64,000 bases of DNA from Ylistrum balloti (GCF_031769215.1 NW_026782216.1:558001-622000); one strand, 5' to 3'. Shown: positions 1 through 14,370, counted from the stretch's first letter. The notes: generated by a model from the letters alone, not told the origin. Translations and numbers: made by a program.

Positions 1-655
1 TACTTTCGTATTGTTTTTTGCTGGGTTCCTGGGCACATGGAAATACCAGGCAATGAAAAAGCAGATCGTGCCGCAAAGGAAGCATTATCGCTACCACCTG
101 TTGTTTTTAAAATTCATTTTATTGATTTTAAACCATTGATCAAACAATTCTTAATGGCTCAATGGAATCAATACAGTAACAATAAATTGCACTCCGTAAA
201 ATCTGTCATCGGTGAATGATCTCCATGTTGTTCTTGCCAATCTTCGGATGGGCCATACATACCTTACGCATTCGTATATGTTGAAAGGCGAATATAACCC
301 TCGGTGCATAGGATCTGATGAGCCATTCACCGTTAAACATTTTTATTGGGCTGCATTGATTTCCTGTCTACTCCAGATTTTTTTTTATTTTAACATTACA
401 AGTCTAAAGACCTTTTTTTGAAACTGTCGAAATTAACAAAATTCTAGGTTATCTGAAAGATATTGGTCTGTATTATAGACTGATTACAACTTTTGTGACA
501 ATATGACCATTTATTTTTTTTGTATTTGTCTTTTACCTTTTAGTTTGTTTGATGTTATTTTCTTTTTGGATCACTGTATGTTTTACCGTTTGATGGCCCT
601 TATGACCTTTTATGTGTTGACGGGCCGTTAAGAATGTCATAATGATAATCATCAA
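1..655 (+). mobile_element. 3' end of RNase H-containing non-LTR retrotransposon (I/Nimb-like LINE), decayed
   Basis: Translates to RNase H end (WVPGHMEIPGNEKADRAAKEAL) and C-terminal RMGHTYLTHSY...CIGSDEPFTVKH with frameshifts. 3' stem-loop GGCCC(595-599)/GGGCC(622-626) followed by a TAA-like tail. Same family as 18772-20550 and 56229-57335. Confidence 0.85.
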
Positions 656-839
656 GTAAACCGTGCGTAACCTCAGACCCTATATATGTGCTTCGACAAT
701 ATTTGAAGGCATCCAAGCCACACGAGTTCGATTTTACGTTTTTTAAAAACACATCATTTATATTAAATGTTTCACTGACCACCATATTGGTGAGAACTTC
801 TGCAGTGTTTCAGTTACCACAATGATCTCATAACTTGTA

Positions 840-1235
840 CAATAGAATTACAAAATGTTCGGCGTTCGTTATTGTTTCATGTACTTTCCTTGATGGTTTC
901 CTTACTCTAGCTTGATCAGATGACTTTTCTTATCTCCATTGACCAATATTTACCTAGTGTCTGTCGTCGTTGAAGTCGCTTACCCTTCCGGAACACTTGC
1001 TCTTATTCTCCTTGTATTCTCCTTGTTTGCAAGAGTGTCCTGTAAATAAATTCTTATTTCACTCTTGTTTCATCGTTTAGTATAACTGATTTACTTTAAC
1101 ATGTCGTTTGTATTTAGTTGTTTTCAACATTCATTAAGCATACATTTAAGCACTATGTATCATTACACTGAGAATTTAGGTTGCATTGATAATATTCTCA
1201 TCTAACAACTAATAACATGTCGATATTTGCTTGTT
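840..1235 (+). mobile_element. Solo 3' terminal (pLTR-like) fragment of Naiad-type Penelope-like element
   Basis: 949-1000 (gaccaatatttac...gtcgtcgttgaagtcgcttacccttccggaacac) matches the sequence following the RT stop of the Naiad copies at 7451-7511 and 10103-10149. Confidence 0.55.
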
Positions 1236-4200
1236 GTTTCAGTACGATGATCTAGACAATCCTTGACTCTGCGTTTAGTTTTCCATACTCGTCAGGATAA
1301 TACGAGTCGTTAAAGTCATGGATAACTTTTAAACACAAACAATTAACACTAAGTTATCACAATAAAAAGGGAAAAAATCATCTATGCCTGCCAATTACCA
1401 ACCCCACAGGCAATGCGCATATTGTAAACTTATCTTTTAAAGAGAATAGTTTATTCTATACAGAAACATTTATTGTGATGGATGGTAAAATTTTATATAT
1501 CATGACGTTTAGTGATAGTCGTCTAGGTAACTAAGGGAGACATCTCCAATGTTTAAATGACATACTTGCTGATTAATATTATTCGCTTCCCAGTAGTTGT
1601 ATTACAATTCCTTTGATCTAGGTCCATTTGTCATAAATTGTTTGGCTCAAATTGGACACGTTTGTTGAGTAAAATTATATAATACGGCACGGCACCATGT
1701 AGAGTGGATTAATTGACATATAACAGTAATTATGCTTTATTTGGTGACTGGTCGTCAGTGACGTCCTGTGATACTATTTGCTACCAATGATTTAATCCAA
1801 CACTTTGTGACGTAGAAAATACCAATGGTGTCTCTGATGGAGTACAGGCTTAACGACTGTCAGAGACCTAGTATAAGTCAAGGTCTTCCTGAAGGAAGTG
1901 TCTTCAGCTTGATTGACAACATTCGCCATGTTGTCCACTGTTTGTGACATAGTACGGCGTAAACAGTCTACAAGTGACAAAGTGTGAAGATAGCAACAAC
2001 CATTGATGTAGTGCAGACTTTCGATGACGTTTAAGACACAACGTGTTCTGCAAAGCAAAAAAGTACAGGTCTAGTATATTTAAGCAGTGTTGTGACGTAC
2101 TTCTTGTAAGAAAGACTGATTCTAGAGATATTCATCTATTGCACCAGTCCCATTATTTAATAACTCTGACGGATTATTTCAGAAGAAAGTCAAGTACATG
2201 TACATATATGAAACGTGAACGCCACTGTTCGAATGAATTAAAATTTGGCACGAGACTTCAACTTTAAGGTCGCTTGACATTGATTAAATTTTACTTATTT
2301 ACTTACGTTTCTGTCGTTTATGACTATCACTTTGTGTAACATTTTATTGTGTTTAGTCAAGCACAAATGTAATGAATATTTATTTTCATTGCAATAGAAA
2401 TGATTGAATCACACTGTTGAAATAAAGTTTGCTTCCTTTTTGATGGTAATTGATTACAGTAGAAACAATTCAATTCAATAGATTGGTCATTGATTTAATT
2501 TATTTTTATTTCTATTCTTTGTCTTTATTTTTACTTAAAAAGCTGTTTGAACGTTAATTTTATTTATATGTCATATTACATATACGAAACGAAACTAATT
2601 AGATCTGTTTCCAAAATTTTTTTCCGCGTTTAATGTCTTCGACGCCAAAAAAATGCATAGATCTTTGTAAAGACGATGATTTACTGAATAACAACACGAT
2701 GCCATAAGGAATATAACTGTATTAACTTCCATTAGTTAAAGTAAAGGAATGTAGGTCAACCAAATGATTATGACAAACAGCAGCATCAGTCATTTTTTAA
2801 ACAAATATTATTCTTATTGCACACGCGCAAAACGTACCCTCTGTCATTTTATTACGAACACATGTGTGTGATTTTCTGATTATTTTTTTTATTTGAATTA
2901 CCATAACGGAGTGGAAGCATTAATTCAATATGTTCAGTAGTTGTTATTACATATTTGATAACCATGGTTATTTTTAATTGTGATGTATTTTCTATATGAA
3001 GTTTGTATATATGTTATTGTGTTTTTTACGTCAGCCTCTATTAATAATTCCATACATTCATCAGTATTTCATATTTTCAGTGCTAAAACCATCAATAGTG
3101 CTACTTACATTGCTTCACAATTTCAAATTTCTAAAACAGAAAAAGTAGATATAGTATATAGTCAAATCAAACAATTAAAATTGATAACTGAAAGGTCCCG
3201 AAAGTATTTAGATGCCAAATTATTAAAATTATACTCAAGTTAAGCATTCTTTGATATAATTCAACTGTAATATAACACACAAGTAATGAAATCAATATAA
3301 TGACAGACCCCTTTTATAACATTTTACAGAGGAGCATTTGTTCTATACTTACGTTGTACGGTACACTTTTCCGCACATTTTAGTTTACAGTTTTGTGTTG
3401 AAGTCTAGTGTTGCATTTTGGTAGAATGTAGTAAACTGTACTATTGTGATGTATGTTTTTTTGTTTAAAGTCTCTGGTATCCTTTAGGGGTAAATTTTGT
3501 TTTATAATTTTGTTATGCACTTTTATAATAACTTTAAGACATATTTCTGTGAAACGCCTTTGTGGTAATTATTTGATATTAGGGTAATGGATTATGCTTC
3601 TGGCAAACATGTACAATTTTGATTGCAAAAGTAATAAAAATTAATAAGTCAACCTAATTTTGTCAGCCATCGCAGTTAATGACATCATTATAGGAGAAAA
3701 GTTTGGACAAATAATTCATTAATTGGATTCACCACCAAACCTCGTGATGCTTCGACATAAAAATCACTGCACTTCAACATGGCGCCAAACGACATGCATA
3801 GAAATCACAGCTATATTGTACTTTGGATTATTTGAATTCATCCAGTTCGCCGGTTTTGTCTTTCGATCAAACTCTTATTTCTTCTAATCGTATAATAACT
3901 TCAATGTTTAACACTTGACTTCGCGGTTAACCATTCACTACTTAACTCTATTTACAAAAAAAACATTTATCAAATTTATGAAATTGTCAGCTTATCAATA
4001 GATTTCCCTGAAACGTTCTTTCAAAATGAGTATTTTGGATGGTAAATGTATTTGAGATTGGCGTGTTAGAAAAAGATGCGGAGAAGTGAAAAGATAGGAT
4101 ACAAATAGTGACAGCTTTTTGAGACCTGATAAATCTGTTCGAAGCACATTTTGTTAAAGAAAAGTATAAAAGTATCAACTTCGGATAAGTTATTGGCTTA

Positions 4201-4551
4201 AATATACAAGAACATATCTTATTTTGATACAATGTTTTATTATAGAAAGAACAATATGTATATATTATTTCTGCGAATAAAATAGTGTGATAAACCTTCA
4301 TTTGTGATGTCAATAGTTACATAATGAGCATCAAATGAAAGGAAGAAATGTTGGTTACAGAATAAAATGTTTTACACTTATTGAATACCATGTGTTTCTG
4401 ATGAGTATGCAACGTACAACGCAACAATATTTTCTGGATCTGCTTCATCAGAGACGTATATACCGTACTGGCTTCAATTGCATATGAGAAAATAATGAAT
4501 GTACTTATATCTTAAATCAGAAAAAAATTACAAGTATAATATTTACATCTA

Positions 4552-4639
4552 AGTAAACCTCGTTATCTCGATCTCATGTAACTCGAAGACCTTGTATAAT
4601 TCGAAGTATTTCGTCGGTCCCGACGACTTCGAGATTACG
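4552..4639. mobile_element. Short Tc1/pogo (Tigger-like) MITE remnant
   Basis: agtaaacctcgttatctcga...ggtcccgacgacttcgagattacg has imperfect inverted ends resembling the widespread CAGTMAAACCTCG...CGAGGTTT MITE consensus (recalled). Confidence 0.5.
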
Positions 4640-4949
4640 CTTTCTGTAGATGGGTATTTCATTTAGGTTACTGGTTTGTTCTTTATGATTACAAAATATG
4701 TACCTTCATATCATTAGTCATTAAACCATATCACCACATAACGTAATATAACTAGGACAATTTCACGTTCTCCCTGTTACATTGAAGAAATATCAGCATG
4801 ATGGATGTGCTTTGCTTTATAATTGTGTTATACGTCGGGGATGTTTGAAGTATAAACGTAGATACTTTAAGATCAAAGCCTTAATGATCATAATCAAATT
4901 CTGCATATTATATTGCATCAGTTCATGTTGGTGCTGTGTTCCGCAATCT

Positions 4950-7800
4950 CGAAATGCTTTAGAGCTTCTGTCTGTCAATCACAACACTGTTAAATGCATT
5001 TGCTAGCAGTATACGTGGATTTTATTGGTTGGTAAATTTTAATTTACTAAAGACATGTTATCAGCCGGTCAAGAATGTTGTTTGTTTTTCTTGTTTTAAC
5101 ATATTTTGCGGCTACTACCAGAGCTACGTCATTTATAGTGTATATTAGAGGGTTAGTAAAATATACAGCTTCTCTCGCAATGTAGAACTTATTGTTTTTA
5201 CTATGGTTTCTTGTTTGAAATACTCGTGATAACTTCCATCTTAGTTTAAACATCTAATATTGTTATATCTAATGAATGCACACACCTAAAACACTTCAAC
5301 GTGTACTCGACATAAAAGTTTAAAGTATAGAATAGTGTTAAAGATGGGATATGCTTGCATTTTCAATGCAGATCTGTTCTAATAATATCAGGCATCAGCT
5401 GTTAAAAAGCCCTGTACTCATTAGCATAAAGTCTTACATTGACGTAGTTGTTAATGTATTATCCCTATCAATACCTACACATTTTAATGATCATTTGAAA
5501 TCTGATCTGTCATCTCATGATATCAGAAATAGATGATCTGAGAGGCAAAACGGATCTGTATTCAATTGCAGCATAGAAGAATCGACACTATCAAGTATTT
5601 TTCGGTTTTAATAATATAATGCAGTTTTATTAAGTGACCTACTTTTTTGCTATATGTTCGTATAATTTTAGTTCAATTTGACATTCTGATCGTCCTTTAC
5701 ATTGATCATACACACCCAATATCTATATTATGACTGCCAATGTCTGTATTACTTTCAATTACACCCGTCTCCATCTACATCTTGGTAACCAAGGTTTAAC
5801 TCCGTACGTGGTAACCCTACCCAAATGTAAGCTTGTTGAAAATAGAGTTATTTCGGCTTGTATTATTAATTACTTCTTGGCATTACATAGATATACTGTC
5901 GGTAACAGTGTCAAATCGATTCATAGCCATAAACCTCGCTCTTGCAAGCCCATTGCATTCAAACTTTTCAACAAATGCTACAGCAACTGAATATAAATGA
6001 CCTTATAGTTAGTCCTCCGTCAGTTTGTTCTTGTTTTACCTCTACCAACTGGGTACTTAGTAACTGGTGATTTAAACATTATTCAAAATATTAAGGTACA
6101 AGAGCCTTTCATGAAGGGTCCTAAATATCGTGAAACCTCGTCCTTTAAATGGAATGTGAATTCCAAGCTACTTATGGACTCTTTTGAAAACTATGCCAGA
6201 GAATGGTCGAAACGAGAAGATGCTGCGTTGGATTCACTTTACTGCAGCTTAAAATTGAAAATAAAAACGAAACACAGGTCAATTTTCCTCGATACTAATG
6301 TTAAATCCACACTTCAATGTGACATATTACATGACAGGTATGTTATTGTGCCTACAGATAAGGTGTTCAATAATTTTTTTCCTTGTCTGCAAACAATATT
6401 ATATTTACTGCTTACAAAAAGAACTTGATTTGCTTGATAACGAAGGAAACCAAACCTATACATTATGAAATCTTTCAATCAAATCTTCGGTATATCAATA
6501 ATTTATATTGCCTTTTGATGATAAGGATTTCAAGAACACCAAAAAGCATTTGACTAAATTTCAACACTCTTTTCTACACAACTTCTATAAGAACATTTGA
6601 CTTTTCCACTCTGTACATCACCTTCTTTCTCTTCTTATGAGATCTGTCTTCTCCAAGAAAGGTGATCAGCGGTATAAATATATTGTGAACTATACTGTAG
6701 TGTATTTCGTAAAATCAAAGTCAAAGAAGAAATATACGGAGTGAAGAAATCATAAAAACGATCGATTTTTTGGTTGACAGCACCTTCGTCGAGTTAGGTG
6801 GCATGATCTTCCAACAAACTATTGGCATACCTATGGGAACCAACTGCACCTCTCTGTTGGCTGACTTTTTTTTATGCTGCACTTATTGGAGAGCTTATCA
6901 AACAGGTCACAAGGACCTTGCAAAATCGTTTACTCTCACCTTCACAAGAAATGTATTGAGTATTTCCACCGAACATATCCACCAGAACTAGAAATCAAAG
7001 ATACGACAGGACTCTTCTACATCAGCTGTTTATTTCGATCATTTCTACCAACGAAATCAACATGGACAGCTTTCCATAAAATAGTATGATAAGCGTGATG
7101 ATTTCAATCTCCCTATTGTAAATTTTCAATTTCTGGATAGCAGAATACCTGCATCTCCAACCTATGGTATTTACATGTCACAATTAATTCGATGTACAAG
7201 GACCTGTTCGAATTATCACAATTTTCGTGCAAGAAGTCGTCAACTGCATGACAAACTCGTAACATAAGGGTGATGAAAATCATGGGGAAGTTTGATGGTC
7301 ACCACAGTGATCTCAATAAGAAATATTCCATTTCTTTATGCGACATGACGCTGGGCGTATTTGGTGCTCGTAAGTTTGACTGTTAGTTCCGTTGTTGTAC
7401 ATCTTATTCTCATTTGAGAACGTGACATTTCTTACTTGGATTGACCAATGTTTACATTGTGGATATTGTCGAAGAAACAAAAGACGCTTTCTCTGCCGGA
7501 ACACCTGGTCCTATTCTCCTTGTAATGTTAAGGATTATCCGTTCATAATTATGATTATGTTGCTCTGTTCCTATTTTCTTGATATTGTTTTTGAATTAGC
7601 ATGTGTTGACGTGATATGTTATTCATTCGCATATGAAGTTAATGATCTTAGTAAGGATAGATTCAGGCTTTTTGATTTTAGTAATAAATAGTGATATGGC
7701 GCAAATCACTTTAGCATTTCAAATAAGTTCCATTGACCAAACCTTATTTACCACCCTATATGTGTAGTCATTTATGTTTTAATTTAGTGTCTTATTTATA
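4950..7800 (+). mobile_element. Decayed Penelope-like retroelement, Naiad type (N-terminal GIY-YIG, CxC, RT), copy 1
   Basis: EN remnant KNVVCFSCFNIFCGYYQSYV (~5071-5130), GNQGL (~5785), CxC linker CSC (6026-6034), VTGDLNII, GPKYRE (6117), HDRYVIVPTDK, TFDFSTLY (~6595), FQQTIGIPMGTNCTSLLADFF (~6810-6870), YPPELEIKDTT, YDKRDDFNLPIVNFQF, SQLIR. Many stops and deletions; the catalytic YIDD is lost. Followed by the 3' terminal motif at 7451-7511. Confidence 0.85.
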
Positions 7801-7836
7801 ACAAAGTAATGAAAGCAAGGCTGTAGATTCTAGAAA

Positions 7837-10190
7837 ATGGCCGCCTATCTATCAGAACACGACAATTATTATTCTGTACGTGTCTTCGGAGATTAACAAC
7901 ACACAAAGGCTACCGATTTAAGATTCTCGTGACATCAATCAAAACTTTCTCGTTTTATCGATTACAAGTCATGCTAGTAATTGGAAACGTCACCCAGCGC
8001 TTGTGTTATATAGATGTACAACTCAATACATCTGAACAACACTTGGGATAAGACTGCTTTACCATAATCATGGACACCAACGCGTTTAAGTCAAGAAGCC
8101 GCTGATCAACAGTTTTAAGTAATTATAAAAAAGAAACGTGCACATGGTGAAATCCATTTGAACATTTTTTGAAATGAAAATTGTCTTGGAATGGAGAATA
8201 ATTCATAAATTGTTGTTGAATATTTAAGCTAACAGTACTAACAATGCTTTTTATTAATATGTTTTCTAGATGATATTGAAACTCGCCTGCTTTGGTATTA
8301 GTCTCGTGTCGTTGAATTTCATGTTTGATATCACCGTTATAGCTCAATATGGATTTGGCGCAGGAAGCCTTTCTCATATCTGCTACAAAGAAGGGACTAT
8401 AAACACCACACTTCTTTCACATTCAAATGCTGTTAAGCATAATAATTATTGATATACATGTTTATTTACGACAAGCCAGTTGGCACATGATACTACATTC
8501 CAAAGACAATAAATCAAGAGAGATCAGACAGTGCGATGTTGGAGAGGTCAACAGGATGTCAGAATATTTCAGTTTTAGCTTTAAATTTGACAATGTAATT
8601 AAATAAATATAGAAAAACAGAATATAGTATTCCTACAGTAATCTATTTAAATTGTTATGCTTTGTCTAACCGTAATTTATGCAATCTGTATTGGAAATAA
8701 AGGCGTGTCTTTTGCAAAATTCTTTAAAATATGGAGTTATTTGATAAGCATTCAGGTGAAATTTTAATCCATCACCTCGTGCTATTCCAGGCCATGAGCA
8801 CGATTGTCATTACATGCACAAAGACGGAGGAAACAACAGAGGACGCAGTCGCCTTGCGTTAATGCATTGAAAGGTGTCTTTAGTTCTAACGAAGTACTTC
8901 AGATGTAGCTTTGGCGTAGAAATGAGTCACATACATGGCTTACTGAAACTATCCTACATTCCCCCAATTCGGAATATTTAATGCTGAGCTGTCAAATAAG
9001 AGTAGTCATTGATGAGTAAAGTAATTATTTGGTTGGATGACATGTTTTCCTTCCTCGTCTCACCGAAGATTGTCAGTGTTCTGTCGACGTGGGTAAAGAT
9101 AAAGTCAAATCTGTAATCTACATTTGAATCTTTGTCTGCAAATATTATTGCATTTCCCGTTTTTGCAAAAAGAACTAGGCTTGCTTGAAAACGTAGGAAA
9201 TCCCATCGATACATTATGCAACATGGTGTATTATGCTGTAGTATTACAATTGTTTAGATTGCCTATTAATAAGGATACGGACCTCCTTGTTCGTATTGGA
9301 TCCCCAAATCTCACAAGAATCCAGAGGACCAGTATTTTATTGCTAACCTGTCTAGCTGTTCAATTAAACTTTCGTCAAAACTATTAATTACCAATTTAGC
9401 ACTTTCAAAACTGGGTTACAGTCTTATTGTGATAATATTTACTCAACTCTTGCAATGAGGGTTTTCCTCTCCAAAAAAAGTTAACTATACTGAAGCGTAT
9501 CTTGTGAAACATATAACTGTATGTCCAAATCAAAGAAGACCTTTACAGAGGACGAAATCATAAATATGATCGAGTTTCTTTCTGGCAGAAATAATCTTCG
9601 TCTATTTTGGTCATGATATATTTTATCTAACTATATGACATATTAATGCGATATAACTGCTCCTTTGTCAGCCAAATTATTTCTGTTTTTATAACAGGCT
9701 GAATTGATCAAAATTCAGATATATTGAGGATGTCATGTATTTAGATAATTAGATATTTACTTATCACGTCCATCGTATATATCCAGCAGAATTGTAAATC
9801 AACAAACGCGACAGACTCTTCTACATGACGGCTTTCCACCAAGTTGTACAATATCACTGCACCCCCAACATATGTTGTTTACACATTGAAATTAATTCGA
9901 TATTCAAGAGCCTGTTTTTATTATCACCATCTTCTTGCTAAAACTCGTCAACTGACTGACAACATCGTAGAGTTCCACAAGATATAGATTTTAATCGTCA
10001 TAGTGATCTCATTTAAGATATTCGATTTCTTTGCGCGATATGAAGCTGGACGTATTTGAAGATTGATAACTAGCCTGTTGGTTCCATTGTTCTATATTTG
10101 CAAGTGTCGCCAATGAAGCAGCAGACGATTACACTTCCGGAACACCTAGCCTGATTCTCATTTCAGGAGTCATCTTGTAGATACTCATTT
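7837..10190 (+). mobile_element. Decayed Naiad-type Penelope-like retroelement, copy 2 (tandem to copy 1)
   Basis: ATG at 7837 (MAAYLSEHDNYYSV), EN remnant QYI*(G) at 8024-8035 then GHQ, GNKGV (~8695), LSTWVK (~9080), IFVCK, KELGLLENVGNP, YWIPKSHK (9294), TFTEDEIINMIEFL (~9540), APLSAKLFL, FRYIEDV (9714-9734), LIRYSRAC. 3' motif at 10103-10149. Confidence 0.8.
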
Positions 10191-12982
10191 GCTAAAATTT
10201 GGACGGTATTTCAGACTGCAAAGCATCCGAATTGGCAACCTCAGATGTGGATTCGAAATGTGTTGTCAGAACTCGGCAACCTGGAGATTACGGATCGTTG
10301 CGTGCTGTTATATCCAAATTGCTATAGACAGTTTAAACGGAAGCTGCATCTCCCTCTGTAAAAGAAAATCAAATTATTTTAAAGTAATTTAACATATCTC
10401 ACCTTGTTCTCACCAATGACAATTTTCAACATCGCCTTTTAACACATATTGATCATCATAAGAAAAAACAATTAAACGACAATGAAAATCGTTTGTCTCA
10501 ACGACGTTTACATCCTATCAGATAAATATAAAGCGTGTATAAGAGTAAATCAAACTTGAATTTTCGTTGGGCAGGACCTACACTATGACGGTTTACAATA
10601 TGTTTGTCGATTGTGAAAGTATTTCAGATGTACTGTTTCGTCATTTAGAAGTACACCTACTCCTTTCGATAAAATTCATTTGGCAGGATGTTATATGACA
10701 GAGCCATGTTCATCGAGCAGTAAAGTGTAATTTATAGTGTTTAAAGTCACAGTTCTGATAAACTTCTAGTACTCCATTTAACATGCATGTTATCCATTAA
10801 TATCAGGTGTAAATTACTGCCTCACATTCTACTCAAATGACCTCAAATTTCCAATTTCTTTAATCTTTATCAACTCAGAATACATGTGTTATTATGTGTT
10901 TACCCAAATGCGAAATCATTCATTTACTCAAACCTTACAGTAGAAGGTAACTTTTTTTGATGAAATTCAAATACATCTTTTAATATATGGATGCAAATTG
11001 CACAAACAGTCCAACGACACGTAAACCTTACGTTCGTTATCCCGAACGTACTTCCGTCTCTAACAAGATACATCAAGCATTAACTAATTGGGCAAGAGCT
11101 ACAGTAAGATATCACCACACATTTTAAGCAAGCCAGGAGATAAGAACAACAAACTAATTGTTTTTAATCATTCTTTAGATGTTATAAAACGAAACAAAAT
11201 AGATTGATACCTGCATCAATCGCACTGTTTATTGCTACAGAAAGAGGTGCGCAGCGCTATCAAAGCACTTGCATGCACGATCACTCAAACGGTCCCAGCC
11301 TTATGACATTTGCTTAATTGAAAGCCTTGTTATTTTGAGACATGGGAGAAGATGGACTAAACGAGATATCATTCAAGTTATATATGTTGATATTTATTAG
11401 GTCTATTTCGTGACAACCATTTCCTGATATCAAATGAACACTTTGGATGTTCATCTCTTCTGTGATAGTAGACAAAGACAATGCTGAGTACTTCACGGCC
11501 CCATCAATACAGCAGAGTGTCGGTTTAAGTGCAAAATGAAAACAAAGCAATTAAAGAATGGAAACAAATGTTTGCCAAACGTGTTTTGCTGAAGAACTGA
11601 AATCTCGAAATACTGTGCAAATGTACACGCGATTCCACAATAATTCAATTTAATTCTTAAATCATTTTGACATACACATACACAAAAGATCATGATTGAG
11701 TGATTTTAAGTCTCAGTACCATATTGTACTTAGTAGAATTCATCATGTGGTAGACATGTTATTATGAAGATTAATTAAGAATTATGTTATTTTTTAATCC
11801 CGGTATATTTTACTTTTACTGTTATGGTATTACAGTTGATATATAATGACAGGCTTTAGTCATACAGCTGTGTAGAAAAAAACAATAAAAGATAAAAAAA
11901 AAAAAAAAAAAAACAGTAACCCTTTGAGTCTGTTTACTAAATGAAGACAAATGATTCTACGAAGAGTTATTGCTGGGTAATAAGTTATAACAATGTGTAT
12001 TTTCTTACTGCTTCAGTTGCAATCGATTCTGCCTAAGTGAGGCCTGGTGCACGCAACACACCAATTCATTACACTAAATCTTCATTGTAAATAGTATACC
12101 AAGATTTTCCTAGATATGAGCTTGTCATGAAATCGTCCAAATTCCAGTTTATACTGAAGAAATGCAGAACAAATCAAATAGTACAGGAATGCTGTCGCAG
12201 AGAAAATCTGTTATTTCAGGAATCGATAATGTGACGCTTTTTTCGTTTTAACGATACTAACACAAGTCATATTTTGAGAACGTAACATTAAATATATTTA
12301 TCTAGACTAACACGGCTTCGTCAATGAAGAAGAAGATTAACATACTTCGATAAAACTCGTTCTTAATATTCTTATGCTTTTTTTCAGCTTCGAATGACGA
12401 TCAGGTCTACACATAGATTTTGTCGACTCAGAATGATAACTGACTTAAAATATTATGTTTAAATGTTTACTATTCTTATATACGTATTCAATCAATTTGG
12501 CCACGTACTTGTAACTCCCTGCCTTCCGTTCTTGTTTCCAGCGAATCCATAGCTCTGGACCTGTATATATAAATATAAATTCGGCAATTGCCTCAAACCT
12601 TTATCAGTTACTTGAAAATTGTTTTTGACCTGCAAGAAAAGCAGATACGTTTGAATTTGGCAGCAAAAATAATGGGCAGTTCCCCTCCTCCACTCAACAA
12701 AGCAAATTAATATGAACATATTAACAAAATCACATCAACTTTTTCGTTCCGATCGGTTGTCAGGATTTATAAAATTGTTTTTCTTTTATTCCGTTTTATC
12801 TTTAGTGTAAAGATGTACTGCATCTTATCAATAACGTACTTATGTAACTGTGATGTTCGAAAGCAATACTGAAATCAAGCACTAGACAAAACAATTTAGA
12901 TCTATGGCGACTGCAAGAAAGATTAATCTTTCAAGAATGTATATAAAAAAATAGCCGGAGAGCCAAATAATGAATTGAACTG

Positions 12983-13024
12983 CATCATTCAGCCGTTTCG
13001 TCCCTCTGGGATCCATCAGTGATG
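12983..13024 (-). ncRNA. Type I hammerhead ribozyme relic
   Basis: Minus strand CATCA-CTGATGG-ATCCC-AGA-GGGAC-GAAA-CGGCTG-AA-TGATG. Stem I CATCA/TGATG, stem II TCCC/GGGA. Three substitutions from canonical (A9>G, G10.1>A, U16.1>A). Confidence 0.55.
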
Positions 13025-14340
13025 TTGAGGGCTTCTGTTGTTAAACCTAGCATACGACTATGGAAGATCTACATGGGTAAATGCTACACATCAAAGGAAA
13101 ACAAATCGTGAAAGCATTAAATCTGGAAACGTCCATATAAGGACCAACAATAGAAAATGCAGCAATCTTAAAACATACTGAATATCTATGTAGGCTCTAA
13201 GGACGCATACAATAAATCTATGAACTGCTTTACAGATTCAATGTATATACATGTATCGTTGGTTGTATACCTAGTTGCAACGCTCATCTTTGAAATACAA
13301 TTTGAAAAAAAACGTCACTATCCATTTCATAAAACTAACATCTGTTAAAGTAGTGACAGTGTTGTAAATTGCAAACATATTTGTGCCATGTTAAGATAAA
13401 TTAGCAGAACATGTCGTCGATCATTGCCTCTAGAGTAATACATTTGTTATCTCCCGTGTGTTGCATCTGTGTTGAATTATAAGAGTGATGAACATGTTTT
13501 GGTAATAAATGTTGACAAGTTATTTATTGTGATGTTTTCTCTTACATCTCCACTGAGTATTGTATTACGGTCAATATCCCCAAAGTAAATCACTTTCTTC
13601 ATACCTTTAATTGGTCACAAAAAGCAAATTTTGTTTTATACCAATTTTACCATATGTTGCATTCAGTTGCCAACGTGTAGCATCCATACCTTAGTTTAAA
13701 AAGGAGAAGCAAAAATAAGTAAAGAGAAATACATGTGGTATAGAAATGATGATTTTATTCATTCCATTTTTAATGGTTGTCTTGTATACTATAGCATTTA
13801 CTTATTGTTTTTATGATGGATGTGATGGTCTGGAAAAGTGGCATTACTTACTTGGATTGATAAAGATATCGAGTTTCATCGAGGAAACAAGAGACACTTA
13901 CTTTTCAGGAGTACCTAGTCTTATTTGCCTTGCATTTTTCAGTGATGTTTCTGTCATGTGTTCATATTTTGGCCTAGTTAGATCGGATTTGAGTTTCACT
14001 CAAAATTCTGTTGGCGTGTCGGTATCTTCGTTGTTGTTTTAAGGGGTAAACCATAACCTCAAGTATATAAGTTGACGCTTGGAGCATGATGTGGCATGTT
14101 TTATATATTATTTTCAACACTTCTTTCGTTAATGCCCAGACGGTTATATCCAATGGGTTTTGCGAATATAACTTGATAATTTCGCAAAGATTTTTGTCAG
14201 ATTTCTTTATTTGATCCACACGAAATGACTGACTACACAGATGACTAACTCTATTTTGATCAATATAGTAGATTAAGCTATGGCGACGAACATCTCAAGG
14301 TTATCTAGGTGAGCAGACCGGATGTAATACTAAATGCTGC

Positions 14341-14370
14341 TATAGCGTACCAACTGAGCCATATCAGCCC
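14341..14370 (-). mobile_element. Possible tRNA-derived SINE head fragment
   Basis: Reverse complement gggctgatatggctcagttggtacgctata contains a Pol III A-box (TGGCTCAGTTGG); no clear B-box. Confidence 0.25.

Noticed and set aside
4398-4451. Opposed CTGATGA motifs as hammerheads
   Set aside because: The plus copy lacks GAAA and the minus copy lacks stem II pairing; no stem I.
8978-9700. Long, mostly open minus-strand reading (LVINSFDESLIEQL...LLINDYSYL) that looked like a GDPD/phosphodiesterase pseudogene
   Set aside because: The plus strand encodes clear Naiad RT motifs (YWIPK, IINMIEFL, FRYIED), so the minus frame is an antisense shadow.
4950-10190. Selenoprotein-encoding Naiad (reported in clams) with a SECIS element
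   Set aside because: The readable conserved Cys positions use TGT/TGC, and visible TGA codons replace Gly or Arg-type codons. The 3' motif lacks the ~11-bp helix II and apical AA of a SECIS.
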